Part shown: in pieces, positions 49,999-59,608 of the stretch
How the letters are laid out: each line of letters starts with the position of its first letter
Position numbering within the stretch: the first letter of the stretch is position 1
Assembly (NCBI GenBank): GCA_017555205.1
Contig: JAFZGW010000030.1
Coordinates: 19,959-83,958 of the forward strand
Source: Akkermansia sp.
Lineage (GTDB): Bacteria > Verrucomicrobiota > Verrucomicrobiia > Verrucomicrobiales > Akkermansiaceae
Direction of reading: 5' to 3'
DNA length: 64,000 nucleotides
Program-made: the position numbers and the translations under genes
The notes under the pieces: generated by a model
Told to the model about the DNA's origin: nothing
What the model saw: only the letters and a program-made list of their open reading frames with translations
Database searches by the model: none

Positions 49999-52900
49999 AT
50001 GAGCAAAAATAACACAGAAAACAGCAATCGGCCTCCATTACCAAAGGGTTTCCGACTCAAAGAGCCGGGCGGGATTGTTTACGTCATCGAAAACACCCTC
50101 AGCGCAAGGAGTGGTTTCGGTATCACCTATCTGGCTACAGAGCACTTTATGAAGCGCACCCGTCTGGTAGTGATTAAGGAAAATTACCCGATGGATACCG
50201 CGAGCCGCAATCGCCAAAGCGGTGTGCTCACTCCCTACGATGAACTGAAAGATTTTTTCCACTCCACGCGTAGTAATTTTCTGAGAGAGGCTCAGGTTAT
50301 CCACCACCTTGAGCACCCCAACATAGTACGCGTGTACACCACGTTCGAGGCTCTTGGTACAGCCTATTACACCATGCCGTATCTGGTTGGGGCAAAGGAG
50401 CTATGGCAAGCAGCCCCCTCTCCCGATGAAATTGATGAGGCATGGCTACTGCCCATCTTAAGTAACCTACTGGGAGCGCTCGACTACCTGCACGGGTTCG
50501 AGCAATTACACCGCAACCTGAAAACCAGCAACATTGTGCTGATGCCGGACGGCACTCCCCTGATTACCGACTTCGGCTTGGCGCGCGAAATTTCTGCCGC
50601 ACCCAACATCACGCTGCAGACCGGCACGCCGGGGTTTGCTCCGCCCGAACAAGGTGCCCAAACGGCAGTCGCAGCCAGTGACCTCTACTCACTGGGTGCC
50701 ACTTGCTACCTGCTCATTACCGGCATCATTCCGCCGGTTGCTCAAAACCGCATGTTCGGCAATGACCCCTACGAGCCGCTCAGCGGCATGGAGGAACTGC
50801 GAGTGCGTTTCTCCACCGCTCTGCTCAGCAGCATAGACCGCGCTCTGAGCCCCATGCCATACGATCGCTGGCAAAGCGCGCAAGAATGGCTCGATGCCCT
50901 GCCCGGCAACGCTCGCCCGGTAGTTGTCGACAGTCCCACTATTGTACCTGTCGGTCTGCTGCACCCTGAGCAAAACTACACCGACACAGTAGACATAGCC
51001 CAAAAACTCTTAGACCGTAAACAATACGATGGCGTACCCGATATGCTGAGAGATGCGGCCGAAAAAGGGGATACCATCGCCCAGTGTAATCTGGGATGGT
51101 GCTATGAATTCGGCAACGGCGTGCCGCAAGACTATAAGCAAGCCGTACACTGGTACGCCAAGGCCGCGGAGAAAGGGTATGCCAGGGCTCAGTATATTCT
51201 GGGATGGTGTTATGAAGAAGGGCAAGGTGTAGAGCAAAATTATAAGCAGGCAGCTCACTGGTTCCGAAAAGCCGCGGAACAAGGGGATGCCACGGCTCAG
51301 TGTATCTTGGGCTTGTGCTATAAAAACGGCCAAGGCGTAGAGCAAAACAACACCCAAGCCGTACACTGGTACACCAAAGCCGCCATGCAAGGCAACACCA
51401 CCGCCCAATTCATTTTAGGCGTGTGCTATGCCAACGGCAGCGGCGCACCTCAGGACTATAGCCAAGCCGTACACTGGTACACCAAAGCTGCTGAGAAAGA
51501 ATATGCCCCGGCACAATGCATACTGGGTGGCTGCTACGCCAACGGGCAAGGTGTGCCGCAAGACGACAAGCAAGCCGTGCAATGGTACCGCAAAGCCGCT
51601 GAGCGGGGCTACGCCGAGGCTCAATGCATATTGGGCAGCTGCTACGCCCATGGTAAAGGAGTGCCGCTGGATTACAAGCAAGCCGTACACTGGTACGGTA
51701 AAGCCGCCGAACAAGGACATGCCGATGCGCAATGTATATTGGGCGGCTGCTACGCTCACGGTAAAGGCGTGCTGCAAGACTATAGCCAAGCCGTGCAATG
51801 GTACCGCAAATCTGCCGAACAAGGCGATACCACCGCCCAATACAATCTGGGGTGGTGCTATGCCAATGGCAGCGGCGTGCCGCAAGACTACAACCAAGCC
51901 GTGCAATGGTACCGCAAAGCCGCTGAGCAAGGGCACGCCAGTGCTCAGTGTAACCTTGGCGTATGCTACGACAACGGTCTGGGTGTAGAGCAAGACTACA
52001 ACCAAGCCGTGCAGTGGTACACCAAGGCGGCAGAGCAAGGATATGCCGGTGCTCAGTGCAATCTGGGCGTATGCTATGACAATGGTCAGGGCGTTGAGCA
52101 GGACTACAACCAAGCCGTGCAGTGGTACACCAAAGCCGCAGAGCAAGGGCACGCCGAGGCACAGTGTAACCTGGGCGTGTGCTACGACAATGGCAACGGT
52201 GTACCGCAAGACTACGCACAAGCCGTACAGTGGTACTGCAAAGCCGCCAAACATGGGCACGCCATTGCTCAGTTCAATCTGGGCGGGCGTTACGAAAACG
52301 GGCAAGGCATAGAGCAAAACCATCATCAGGCCGTACGGTGGTACACCAAAGCCGCAGAGCAAAACTACGCCCCTGCTCAATACATACTGGCTGGCTACTA
52401 CAAAGATGGGCAAGGCGTGCCCCAAGACTATGCGCAAGCTGCATATTGGTACAACAAAGCCGCCGGCCAAGGCAATGACGCCGCGCGTAAAGAACTAACC
52501 GGGCTCAGTGACCAATTAAGTGAGCAACTGAGAGAAACCGCCAAGGAGGGTAATGTCGAGATGATGGGGATATTCATAAGCGCAGGTGCCAACATCAATG
52601 CGGGCGATGCATACGGAAACACCCCCCTGATACTGGCCGCCGAGCAAGGGCACACCGACAGCATAAGAACCCTACTGCAAGCACCCGGCATTGACGTACA
52701 CAAGAAGAATATTTGGGGGCGGCATCCCCTTCACGAGGCTGCGGAAAAAGGCTACCCCGACTGCTTGCAAGCCCTAATCAAAGCACCGAAAATTCGCATC
52801 AATTGCATTGATAACGAAAACCTAACACCCCTACACAAAGCCACCAATTCCAACCATGTGGAGTGTATAAAAGTACTACTTTCGGTACCGGGAATAGAGA

Positions 52901-53502
52901 TAAATCATATAGACCGAAACGGCAATACCCCCCTGCACATTGCTGCAAAAGAGGGGTTTGCTGCATGCCTGCAAGCCTTACTCAATGCAAACGGGCTCAA
53001 CCTCAACCAACCGAACAACCAAGGCGAAACCCCGCTCTACCTCGCGCAGCAAAACAGCCAAGATGAATGTGCCCAACTGCTGACAGATGCCGGCGCACTG
53101 GCCGTCAAGTACGCCCCGGGTACTGTAAATACCCTGACCGGTTATGCAACAGGTGCCAAGCCGACTGCAACTGGCAGCCCCAACAAGCAAGGCTCTGATC
53201 GACAAGTTGCCATAACCATTCAAGATTGCATCAACCTTATCGGGGATATCAGCAAGACCATCTTCAGAGCTACCATCAATTCCATACGCCAATCCTTCAG
53301 CAAAATTTTCATCGGTAGCGGCATCGCACTGCTACTGGGTATTTTCATCGGATTTATCATGGGCTTTTCCAGTGATGATTCGGACAACGTACTTGCTCTC
53401 ATCATGTTTTGGGCAGCAAGAATGATACCCGCCGGCGCTGTCCTCGGCGCAATATGGGGAGTCATTGCAGGCATAAGAGCTACTATAATTGGAGATAATT
53501 AG
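49999..53502 (+). CDS. Ser/Thr-kinase-like (HRN) + 13 SEL1 repeats + ~6 ankyrin repeats + two C-terminal TM helices
   Basis: SGFGITY, VIKE, HPNIV, HRNLKTSNI, DFG, GFAPPEQ; 36-aa SEL1 units; GNTPL/TPLH ankyrin units; hydrophobic C-terminus. Confidence 0.9.
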   Translation: MSKNNTENSNRPPLPKGFRLKEPGGIVYVIENTLSARSGFGITYLATEHFMKRTRLVVIKENYPMDTASRNRQSGVLTPYDELKDFFHSTRSNFLREAQVIHHLEHPNIVRVYTTFEALGTAYYTMPYLVGAKELWQAAPSPDEIDEAWLLPILSNLLGALDYLHGFEQLHRNLKTSNIVLMPDGTPLITDFGLAREISAAPNITLQTGTPGFAPPEQGAQTAVAASDLYSLGATCYLLITGIIPPVAQNRMFGNDPYEPLSGMEELRVRFSTALLSSIDRALSPMPYDRWQSAQEWLDALPGNARPVVVDSPTIVPVGLLHPEQNYTDTVDIAQKLLDRKQYDGVPDMLRDAAEKGDTIAQCNLGWCYEFGNGVPQDYKQAVHWYAKAAEKGYARAQYILGWCYEEGQGVEQNYKQAAHWFRKAAEQGDATAQCILGLCYKNGQGVEQNNTQAVHWYTKAAMQGNTTAQFILGVCYANGSGAPQDYSQAVHWYTKAAEKEYAPAQCILGGCYANGQGVPQDDKQAVQWYRKAAERGYAEAQCILGSCYAHGKGVPLDYKQAVHWYGKAAEQGHADAQCILGGCYAHGKGVLQDYSQAVQWYRKSAEQGDTTAQYNLGWCYANGSGVPQDYNQAVQWYRKAAEQGHASAQCNLGVCYDNGLGVEQDYNQAVQWYTKAAEQGYAGAQCNLGVCYDNGQGVEQDYNQAVQWYTKAAEQGHAEAQCNLGVCYDNGNGVPQDYAQAVQWYCKAAKHGHAIAQFNLGGRYENGQGIEQNHHQAVRWYTKAAEQNYAPAQYILAGYYKDGQGVPQDYAQAAYWYNKAAGQGNDAARKELTGLSDQLSEQLRETAKEGNVEMMGIFISAGANINAGDAYGNTPLILAAEQGHTDSIRTLLQAPGIDVHKKNIWGRHPLHEAAEKGYPDCLQALIKAPKIRINCIDNENLTPLHKATNSNHVECIKVLLSVPGIEINHIDRNGNTPLHIAAKEGFAACLQALLNANGLNLNQPNNQGETPLYLAQQNSQDECAQLLTDAGALAVKYAPGTVNTLTGYATGAKPTATGSPNKQGSDRQVAITIQDCINLIGDISKTIFRATINSIRQSFSKIFIGSGIALLLGIFIGFIMGFSSDDSDNVLALIMFWAARMIPAGAVLGAIWGVIAGIRATIIGDN
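51067..52470 (+). repeat. 13 x 108-bp SEL1 coding repeats
   Basis: G.A.AQC.LG.CY..G.GV.QDY.QAV.WY.KAAEQ counted 13 times. Confidence 0.9.
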
Positions 53503-53653
53503 AATAAATAGCCCCGCTATCTCTACTTACCCTAGTTGAGGGACGCTAAAAAACGGGCACCGCGAATATTAGCACTTTGGACTTCACATAACGGTCAGAA
53601 TGTGCTACAATCACGCCAACACTACGTGTTCACACGTTAATTCACACAGATTT

Positions 53654-55177
53654 ATGACGCCGAAACACATTGTAGCCGTCATCGACTACGGCTCTCAGTA
53701 CACGCAGCTCATCGTGCGCCGCGTGCGCGAGCTGGGCTATCTGGCCAAGCTCTACGCACTGGAGGACTTGCACGAAATCAGCAACCCCGGGGCCATCATC
53801 CTGTCGGGTGGACCTCGCAGCACCTCCGAGCCCGATGCTCCGGATATCGACTTCGAGTGGCTCACATCCTTCAACGTTCCCGTGCTGGGCGTATGCTATG
53901 GCATGCAGCTGCTCAACATCAAGACCGGCGGCACCGTGCGCAGCAGCAACAAGCGCGAGTACGGCCCCGCCGCCCTCATCCCCGAGAAACTCGAAGGGCT
54001 CTACGCTGATATGTCCCCCTCTTCGCAGGTGTGGATGAGCCACTCCGACACGGTAGACCACTTAGCCGACAACTGCAAGGTAATCGCCCGCAACAGCGAC
54101 GGCGTACCTGTATCCCTGCAGTGGGGCGACTCTATGTTCGGCATTCAGTTCCACCCCGAGGTAACTCACTCGCACGAAGGCCGTACCATTCTGCGCAACT
54201 TCCTTTCGCACGCCAAAGAGCTTGCCCCCTTCGACATTGGTGACTTCAAGCGCGAGCTCCTCGACGATATTCGCGCCAAGGTCGGCGACAAGCAGGTGGT
54301 TTGCGGCGTCTCCGGCGGTGTAGACAGCACGGTGCTCGCCGTACTGCTGCACGAGGCCGGCGTGAACGTACGCTGCATATTCGTAGACAACGGTCTGCTG
54401 CGCAAGGACGAGGCCAAGGAAGTTCAGGCCAACTTCGCCCGCATGGGTGTGGAAATTGAGACGGTCGACGCCAGTGAGCGATTCCTGGCAGCCTTGGCCG
54501 GCGAAACCGCCCCCGAAAAGAAGCGCCGCATCATTGGCAACCTCTTCATCGATGTGTTCTGGGACGCCGTGGGCGACGCCGAAATGCTGGCACAGGGCAC
54601 ACTTTACCCGGACGTAATTGAGAGCGCCAGTAATGCCAAGAGCAAGGCCTCCGTCATTAAGACTCACCACAACCGAGTAGAGCGCGTGCTTAAGATGCAG
54701 GAGGAAGGCAAAGTCATCGAACCGCTCGCATTCCTGTTCAAAGATGAAGTTCGTGAGCTGGGCGCCTCCATGGGCATCTCCCACGACATTCTGTGGCGCC
54801 ACCCCTTCCCCGGCCCCGGTCTTGCCGTACGCTGCCCGGGCGAGGTAACGAAGGAACGCCTCGATATCATCCGCGAGTGCGACTCCATCTTCATCGGCAC
54901 TCTTCGCAAGTGGGATTGGTACGACAAGTGCTGGCAAGCCTACGCGGGTCTCATTCCGGTAAAGACTGTGGGTGTGAAGGGCGATGAGCGTTCCTACGAG
55001 TTCGCCACCAATCTGCGCGCCATCGTATCGGAGGATGCCATGACGGCCGACTGGGTACAGCTGCCCTACGACCTGCTGCGCGAGGCTTCCAACCGCATTC
55101 TCAACGAGGTCAAAGGCATCAACCGCGTGCTCTTCGACATCAGCACCAAGCCCCCGGCATCCATCGAGTGGGAGTAA
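53654..55177 (+). CDS. guaA: GMP synthase (glutamine-hydrolysing)
   Basis: DYGSQYTQLI, GVCYGMQ, QFHPEV, SGGVDS, QGTLYPDVIES, KPPASIEWE. Confidence 0.98.
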   Translation: MTPKHIVAVIDYGSQYTQLIVRRVRELGYLAKLYALEDLHEISNPGAIILSGGPRSTSEPDAPDIDFEWLTSFNVPVLGVCYGMQLLNIKTGGTVRSSNKREYGPAALIPEKLEGLYADMSPSSQVWMSHSDTVDHLADNCKVIARNSDGVPVSLQWGDSMFGIQFHPEVTHSHEGRTILRNFLSHAKELAPFDIGDFKRELLDDIRAKVGDKQVVCGVSGGVDSTVLAVLLHEAGVNVRCIFVDNGLLRKDEAKEVQANFARMGVEIETVDASERFLAALAGETAPEKKRRIIGNLFIDVFWDAVGDAEMLAQGTLYPDVIESASNAKSKASVIKTHHNRVERVLKMQEEGKVIEPLAFLFKDEVRELGASMGISHDILWRHPFPGPGLAVRCPGEVTKERLDIIRECDSIFIGTLRKWDWYDKCWQAYAGLIPVKTVGVKGDERSYEFATNLRAIVSEDAMTADWVQLPYDLLREASNRILNEVKGINRVLFDISTKPPASIEWE

Positions 55178-55204
55178 AGCCCCCACCTGCATTAACTCAT
55201 TTTC

Positions 55205-55240
55205 AGACCGGCTGCACCAACGTGCAGTCGGTCTTTTTTT
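55205..55240 (+). terminator. Intrinsic terminator after guaA
   Basis: AGACCGGCTGCAC-CAAC-GTGCAGTCGGTC then T7. Confidence 0.85.
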
Positions 55241-55254
55241 CTCACAAAAGTATA

Positions 55255-55818
55255 TTAGCTATGCGGACAAGCCCCGCGCTCCTCAGCCGGGGTAATGGGA
55301 GCATGCGCAGGAGCCACGCGATAAATCTGAGTAGAGCGAGAAAAATCAAAACGGCAATCAATCGACTGCCCCTGCGGAGAAAGAAAACGCAGAGACATAC
55401 CGCCGGCACCCATGGTATCGAAACACGTAGCAGCGGGCTGCCAACGGTATGCACGGGAAAGCACACGATAGGTACCTATGTGGTGGTAGTGCCCACTCTG
55501 CAAACGATATACCTTAAACTCACGTATAACAGAGCCGCAGCCCGGCTCGGAGAGCAGCACCACTACCGAACCATCCGCATTCGTAAACCAATCCCCGGGC
55601 AAGGCAAAACCAAGCGCCAAATGCTGCAACAACAGTTGCCCCACCTCAGTAGCGGCCACCGCCCCACCCCCGGCAGCAGTCGGCGGTTCCGCAGCCCGGC
55701 TATACTGTTGCGCGGCGTCATGGAGATACTGAGTAGCCGGATTACAATAACGCACAAAATCATAGCCCTGCACCGTACAGGCAAGCAGGGCTATGATGCT
55801 GCAAATACAGCGAAACAT
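55255..55818 (-). CDS. Hypothetical exported protein
   Basis: Signal-like MFRCICSIIALLACTVQG begins 10 nt after the der stop. Confidence 0.5.
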   Translation of the reverse strand: MFRCICSIIALLACTVQGYDFVRYCNPATQYLHDAAQQYSRAAEPPTAAGGGAVAATEVGQLLLQHLALGFALPGDWFTNADGSVVVLLSEPGCGSVIREFKVYRLQSGHYHHIGTYRVLSRAYRWQPAATCFDTMGAGGMSLRFLSPQGQSIDCRFDFSRSTQIYRVAPAHAPITPAEERGACPHS

Positions 55819-55828
55819 GGCAAGTGCC

Positions 55829-57244
55829 TTAGTCATTGCGAACTCGTGAACGCGGAGACAGCACAATCGGCACCCCGGCAGCCTTGATTCGGGAGCGAAT
55901 CGTGTTGCGCAGGTACTGGGCGTAGCTATCGGTAAGCAAACGCTTGTCATTCACAAAGAGTACATAGGTGGGCACGGGTATGGTGGTGTACTTCTCATTC
56001 ACCGCTGTAGTGGCATAGAAGAGCTTAAGGCGCTTCTTAAGCACGCGGTGCTGACCGGGCGGGTTCATCTCCATAGCACGCTGCAACAGGCGGTTGAGCT
56101 CACCGGTACCGGGCATATTGAGTGCCTCTTGTCGCACGCGGGCAATGGATTTGAAGATACCGGGCATACCCTCACCAAGCTTGGCGGATACGATGGCAAT
56201 CGGGGCGTAATCGAGGAAGAAGAGGTTTTCCTTAATATGCTCCTTTACAGCTTCTTTACGGGCGGAGAGCGGCGCCTCGGCACAGTAGAGGTCAAACTTG
56301 TTGACCACAATAATGCAGGGTTTGCTCTCCTTTGCAATGATGGAGCCTATACGGCGGTCCTGCTGGGTCACACCGGCGGCCATATCTATAACCAACAGGC
56401 AGATATCGCAGCGACGTATTGCCTTCTCACTGCGCATGGCGGAGAACACCTCGACCGAGGTATCGCGTTTGGAGCGTGGGCGCATGCCGGCGGTATCTAT
56501 CAGCACATAGGGCTGCTCGTCGCGAGTGTAGGGAATATCGATAGCATCTCTCGTTGTTCCCGCGATATCGGAAACGATGGTGCGTTTATCGTTAAGAATA
56601 GCATTCACCAGCGAAGATTTACCGGCATTCGGGCGCCCTACAATAGCCACGCGAATGGGGGAGTCCGCGCTGACCTCCTCGCGGTCGGGTTCCTCTTCCG
56701 GGGTGGCATCGGCTGCGGCCTCTGCCTGCACCGGGGTAGCCCCCAGGGACTTGAGGTGGCGATTGAGCACATCTGCCAACCGGGCGAATCCGCGACCGTG
56801 AGCTGCCGAAGTAAAGACATATTCGGAGAAACCTAAGCCGGCAAACTCGCCGAGGTTGAGCTCTTGTTTCTCCGTATCAGCCTTGTTGAGCACGAGCAGT
56901 ACGGGCACATCTGCCTTGTGCAGGCGAGCTGCAATGGTCTTGTCGATAGGGGTGAGGTGATCTCGGCAATCGCACACGAACATGATGAGATCGGCAGCGT
57001 TGAGCGCAATATCGGCCTCTTGCTGCACACGGGCGGCAAAGCCGTCATCCAGCGTGGAGCCGATACCACCCGTATCTACCACGAGAGCCTCGAAATCAGT
57101 TATACGACAAGGGGCACTCAGGCGGTCACGAGTCACACCGGGCTGGTCGTGCACAATGGCAATACGGCGCGCTACCATGCGGTTGAATATGGCGGACTTG
57201 CCGACATTCGGTCGGCCTACAATGGCTATGGTTGGTGAGGACAC
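55829..57244 (-). CDS. der: Ribosome biogenesis GTPase Der/EngA
   Basis: Two G domains: GRPNVGKS / DTGG / NKAD and GRPNAGKS / DTAG / NKFD; GVTRD and GTTRD. Confidence 0.97.
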   Translation of the reverse strand: MSSPTIAIVGRPNVGKSAIFNRMVARRIAIVHDQPGVTRDRLSAPCRITDFEALVVDTGGIGSTLDDGFAARVQQEADIALNAADLIMFVCDCRDHLTPIDKTIAARLHKADVPVLLVLNKADTEKQELNLGEFAGLGFSEYVFTSAAHGRGFARLADVLNRHLKSLGATPVQAEAAADATPEEEPDREEVSADSPIRVAIVGRPNAGKSSLVNAILNDKRTIVSDIAGTTRDAIDIPYTRDEQPYVLIDTAGMRPRSKRDTSVEVFSAMRSEKAIRRCDICLLVIDMAAGVTQQDRRIGSIIAKESKPCIIVVNKFDLYCAEAPLSARKEAVKEHIKENLFFLDYAPIAIVSAKLGEGMPGIFKSIARVRQEALNMPGTGELNRLLQRAMEMNPPGQHRVLKKRLKLFYATTAVNEKYTTIPVPTYVLFVNDKRLLTDSYAQYLRNTIRSRIKAAGVPIVLSPRSRVRND

Positions 57245-57293
57245 GGAAATTTTGATGGGTTAAAGGTTAAATGAAATGGGGGGGGGGAGACTA

Positions 57294-58145
57294 TCAATCG
57301 CGGTCGGGGCGTTCGGCCGTAGTGCGAATAGGACCATCGGCCGGGCTCTTGGGGCGCTCGTAGGGGACAAGGCCAATAGCGCGTATACCACCGGCTGCAC
57401 TCACCAAATCCACGGGGCCGCCGGTGCGTTTCATGACCTTGTAGTGGCGGCGATTACCGCGATTATCCATAATGGAGTAGCAAAAATACTCAGGCGTGGC
57501 TTGGCAGAGCACGTGCAAATTCTGAGCGCTATCAAGCACAATGCGCGGCTGCATAAAATTGAGGAACTGCCCCATATAGCAAGCACCCAGTACCACACGG
57601 CTGTCAGCATTGACCACTTGCCCGAACAAGCAATCCTTGCCCCCAACGCGCAGCAAGCGCACACTCATATTGAGGCGTTCATCGCGGCTCTGCACGGTGA
57701 AGTTTTTGACAGTGCCACCATTCGTCAGCAGGAATGAGGCCCGATTTGAGCTATAAGTCGTGCGCAAATCAGGCATGCGAACCGTGGCTACTATCTTGTA
57801 GTCACCATCGCGCCCTAAATTATAGTATGGTCGCAAATTGGCAGTAACCGTGCGGGAGGAGCCGGCCGGTACCTCAAGTCGGGGGAAATTCGGTATAACA
57901 TTCGGCGAAATAGGCTGCGGCTCGCCGCCACGAGTTACGGTGAAATGCAGCCAACTGCGCCCGGTGGTATTGACAAAAGTAACGGTTCGGTCGGTGAAGT
58001 TCTCTATCTTCACCTGCAATGCCACGTTCTCACCCACAACGAATTCTTTTCGCACGGGTTGAATACGCACCTCCACCTGAGCTGCGGCCTGCCCGGCCAG
58101 CAACATGCAGAATACGGCAAGAATAATAGTGATGATGTTTTTCAT
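57294..58145 (-). CDS. Exported beta-rich hypothetical protein
   Basis: Signal peptide MKNIITIILAVFCMLLAGQAAA; Ig-like beta pattern. Confidence 0.7.
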   Translation of the reverse strand: MKNIITIILAVFCMLLAGQAAAQVEVRIQPVRKEFVVGENVALQVKIENFTDRTVTFVNTTGRSWLHFTVTRGGEPQPISPNVIPNFPRLEVPAGSSRTVTANLRPYYNLGRDGDYKIVATVRMPDLRTTYSSNRASFLLTNGGTVKNFTVQSRDERLNMSVRLLRVGGKDCLFGQVVNADSRVVLGACYMGQFLNFMQPRIVLDSAQNLHVLCQATPEYFCYSIMDNRGNRRHYKVMKRTGGPVDLVSAAGGIRAIGLVPYERPKSPADGPIRTTAERPDRD

Positions 58146-58173
58146 AGTCTTCTTTATATGTGAAATGTTAAAA

Positions 58174-59583
58174 TTACTCGGCAACCGGGACGGGAAGAAG
58201 TATTCGGAACCCGCGGTTCACATTGCGAGCTGCCTTGTTGGGCTCAACAATCGACCAATTGCAGCCGGTAGCCGGCAGCACCTCCACCCCTTCAGCATAC
58301 AGCATATCGCCTTGGCGAACGGTGGTACTCCATTCCTCTGGCAGCGAATTGTTGCCAGCGGCGTGCTCTCGAGCTGTGGCAACCACCGCGGCAGAGGGTA
58401 ACTCCCCGCCCTGAAAATTAGCATAAGCAAGTGCATCCCAATACGATACACCGCACACCGGCGAACGAGGGGTCAAGCGATTACCGTGCCAAGGTTCCCC
58501 ACTATCAACAGCCTGCAATTGCTGCTGCCATTCAGCAGGGGTATGTGAGGTAAAATCCGCAGGTACTCCCTTGTTAATGGCTGCACGGCGAAACTGGTTG
58601 GTGGCGGAGGGGTCTTCGTAGACATTCAAAAAGCGCTGGTACTCCCGTATGGTTACAGGGCGCAGCATCACGCGGCGCTCGCCTTGCTCCGCCTTCACAT
58701 ACAAATAACGACCGCTAACCGCCGGTAAAGGTTCTACTGCATCCGGTGACAGCATGGCTCCCGCTACGCCCATGAGTACCACAAACAGTGCAGCACCCAG
58801 CAATGCCAGCAGGCGCCGACGCTGTCGGCGCATAGCCTGCTTCAATCTCACCCGGCGCCCAACCGAATCGGTGCCGATATTCTCTACCGCATCGGGGTTC
58901 AACAAGGGTGCCGTTTGCGTGCGAATTTGTTCCGCTGCTGTAGAGATATCACTCCACGACAGATAATGACCGTCGTACCCCTGTTCCATCCACTGCAGCA
59001 AAGTAGCCACGCGCCCCTGCCTGGGGACATTAATTGGTTGCACAAGTCGAATTGCAGCTGCGAGCGCCTGCATGTGAGCTACAGCCGTCTCGGGATTATG
59101 CTCTCCGCATATCACCGGTGAAAGCACACGAACGGTGTTGTCATCCCGCACATAAATGGAGTGGGGTTCGAGCCCTTCCATGGCTATATTCTTCTCCTCT
59201 GCCGCCGCATACATTCGTGCGACAGTCTCAATAACCGCGCAAGTCTGCGCTGAACCGAGTCGTTCTTCGGCGGCAGCCATTTGTGCCAGGTTATGCCCTC
59301 CGGGGCGCTCATGAGTCAGAAACCAGACGTTGCCAACATTTTTTGATTCGAGCACATGGCTAATACCGGGCAAAGTTACCAAACCACGGGTACGAACCGT
59401 CTTCAAGAAGTAATCCGTCGCGGCTTTATCCGCCCCGGGGCGCAACACTTGTACCACCACACCACGCTCCACATGGCGCTGCCGAGCCAGGTACAAATCG
59501 GTTAACGCGTCATGCCCCAGCAATTCCGTGAGTGTGTACACACCTAAGCGGGTGGGCAAATTCTCAAAATCAGGTTCAGACAT
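58174..59583 (-). CDS. Pseudokinase + TM + FGE-sulfatase-like domain
   Basis: N-lobe-like LGVYTLTELLG...LYLARQ..VER.VVVQVL with no catalytic Lys, HRD or DFG; TM helix; PVT..EY..FL, PVCGVSYWDALAYA...LPS, GFRI. Confidence 0.7.
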   Translation of the reverse strand: MSEPDFENLPTRLGVYTLTELLGHDALTDLYLARQRHVERGVVVQVLRPGADKAATDYFLKTVRTRGLVTLPGISHVLESKNVGNVWFLTHERPGGHNLAQMAAAEERLGSAQTCAVIETVARMYAAAEEKNIAMEGLEPHSIYVRDDNTVRVLSPVICGEHNPETAVAHMQALAAAIRLVQPINVPRQGRVATLLQWMEQGYDGHYLSWSDISTAAEQIRTQTAPLLNPDAVENIGTDSVGRRVRLKQAMRRQRRRLLALLGAALFVVLMGVAGAMLSPDAVEPLPAVSGRYLYVKAEQGERRVMLRPVTIREYQRFLNVYEDPSATNQFRRAAINKGVPADFTSHTPAEWQQQLQAVDSGEPWHGNRLTPRSPVCGVSYWDALAYANFQGGELPSAAVVATAREHAAGNNSLPEEWSTTVRQGDMLYAEGVEVLPATGCNWSIVEPNKAARNVNRGFRILLPVPVAE

Positions 59584-59608
59584 TTCAGTTATCGGTTGCT
59601 AATGGGGA

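Noticed and set aside
51067-52470. 108-bp periodic repeats as a CRISPR array or DGR template
   Set aside because: Fully explained by SEL1 coding units; no reverse transcriptase in the window.
55168-55887. 239-aa plus-strand ORF after guaA
   Set aside because: It runs through the guaA terminator and overlaps der; the minus-strand ORF with a signal peptide fits better.
57278-57287. G10 homopolymer as a phase-variation tract
   Set aside because: Intergenic inside an apparent operon, upstream of the essential der gene, and not within a CDS or evident promoter spacer; only read-level length variation would revive it.
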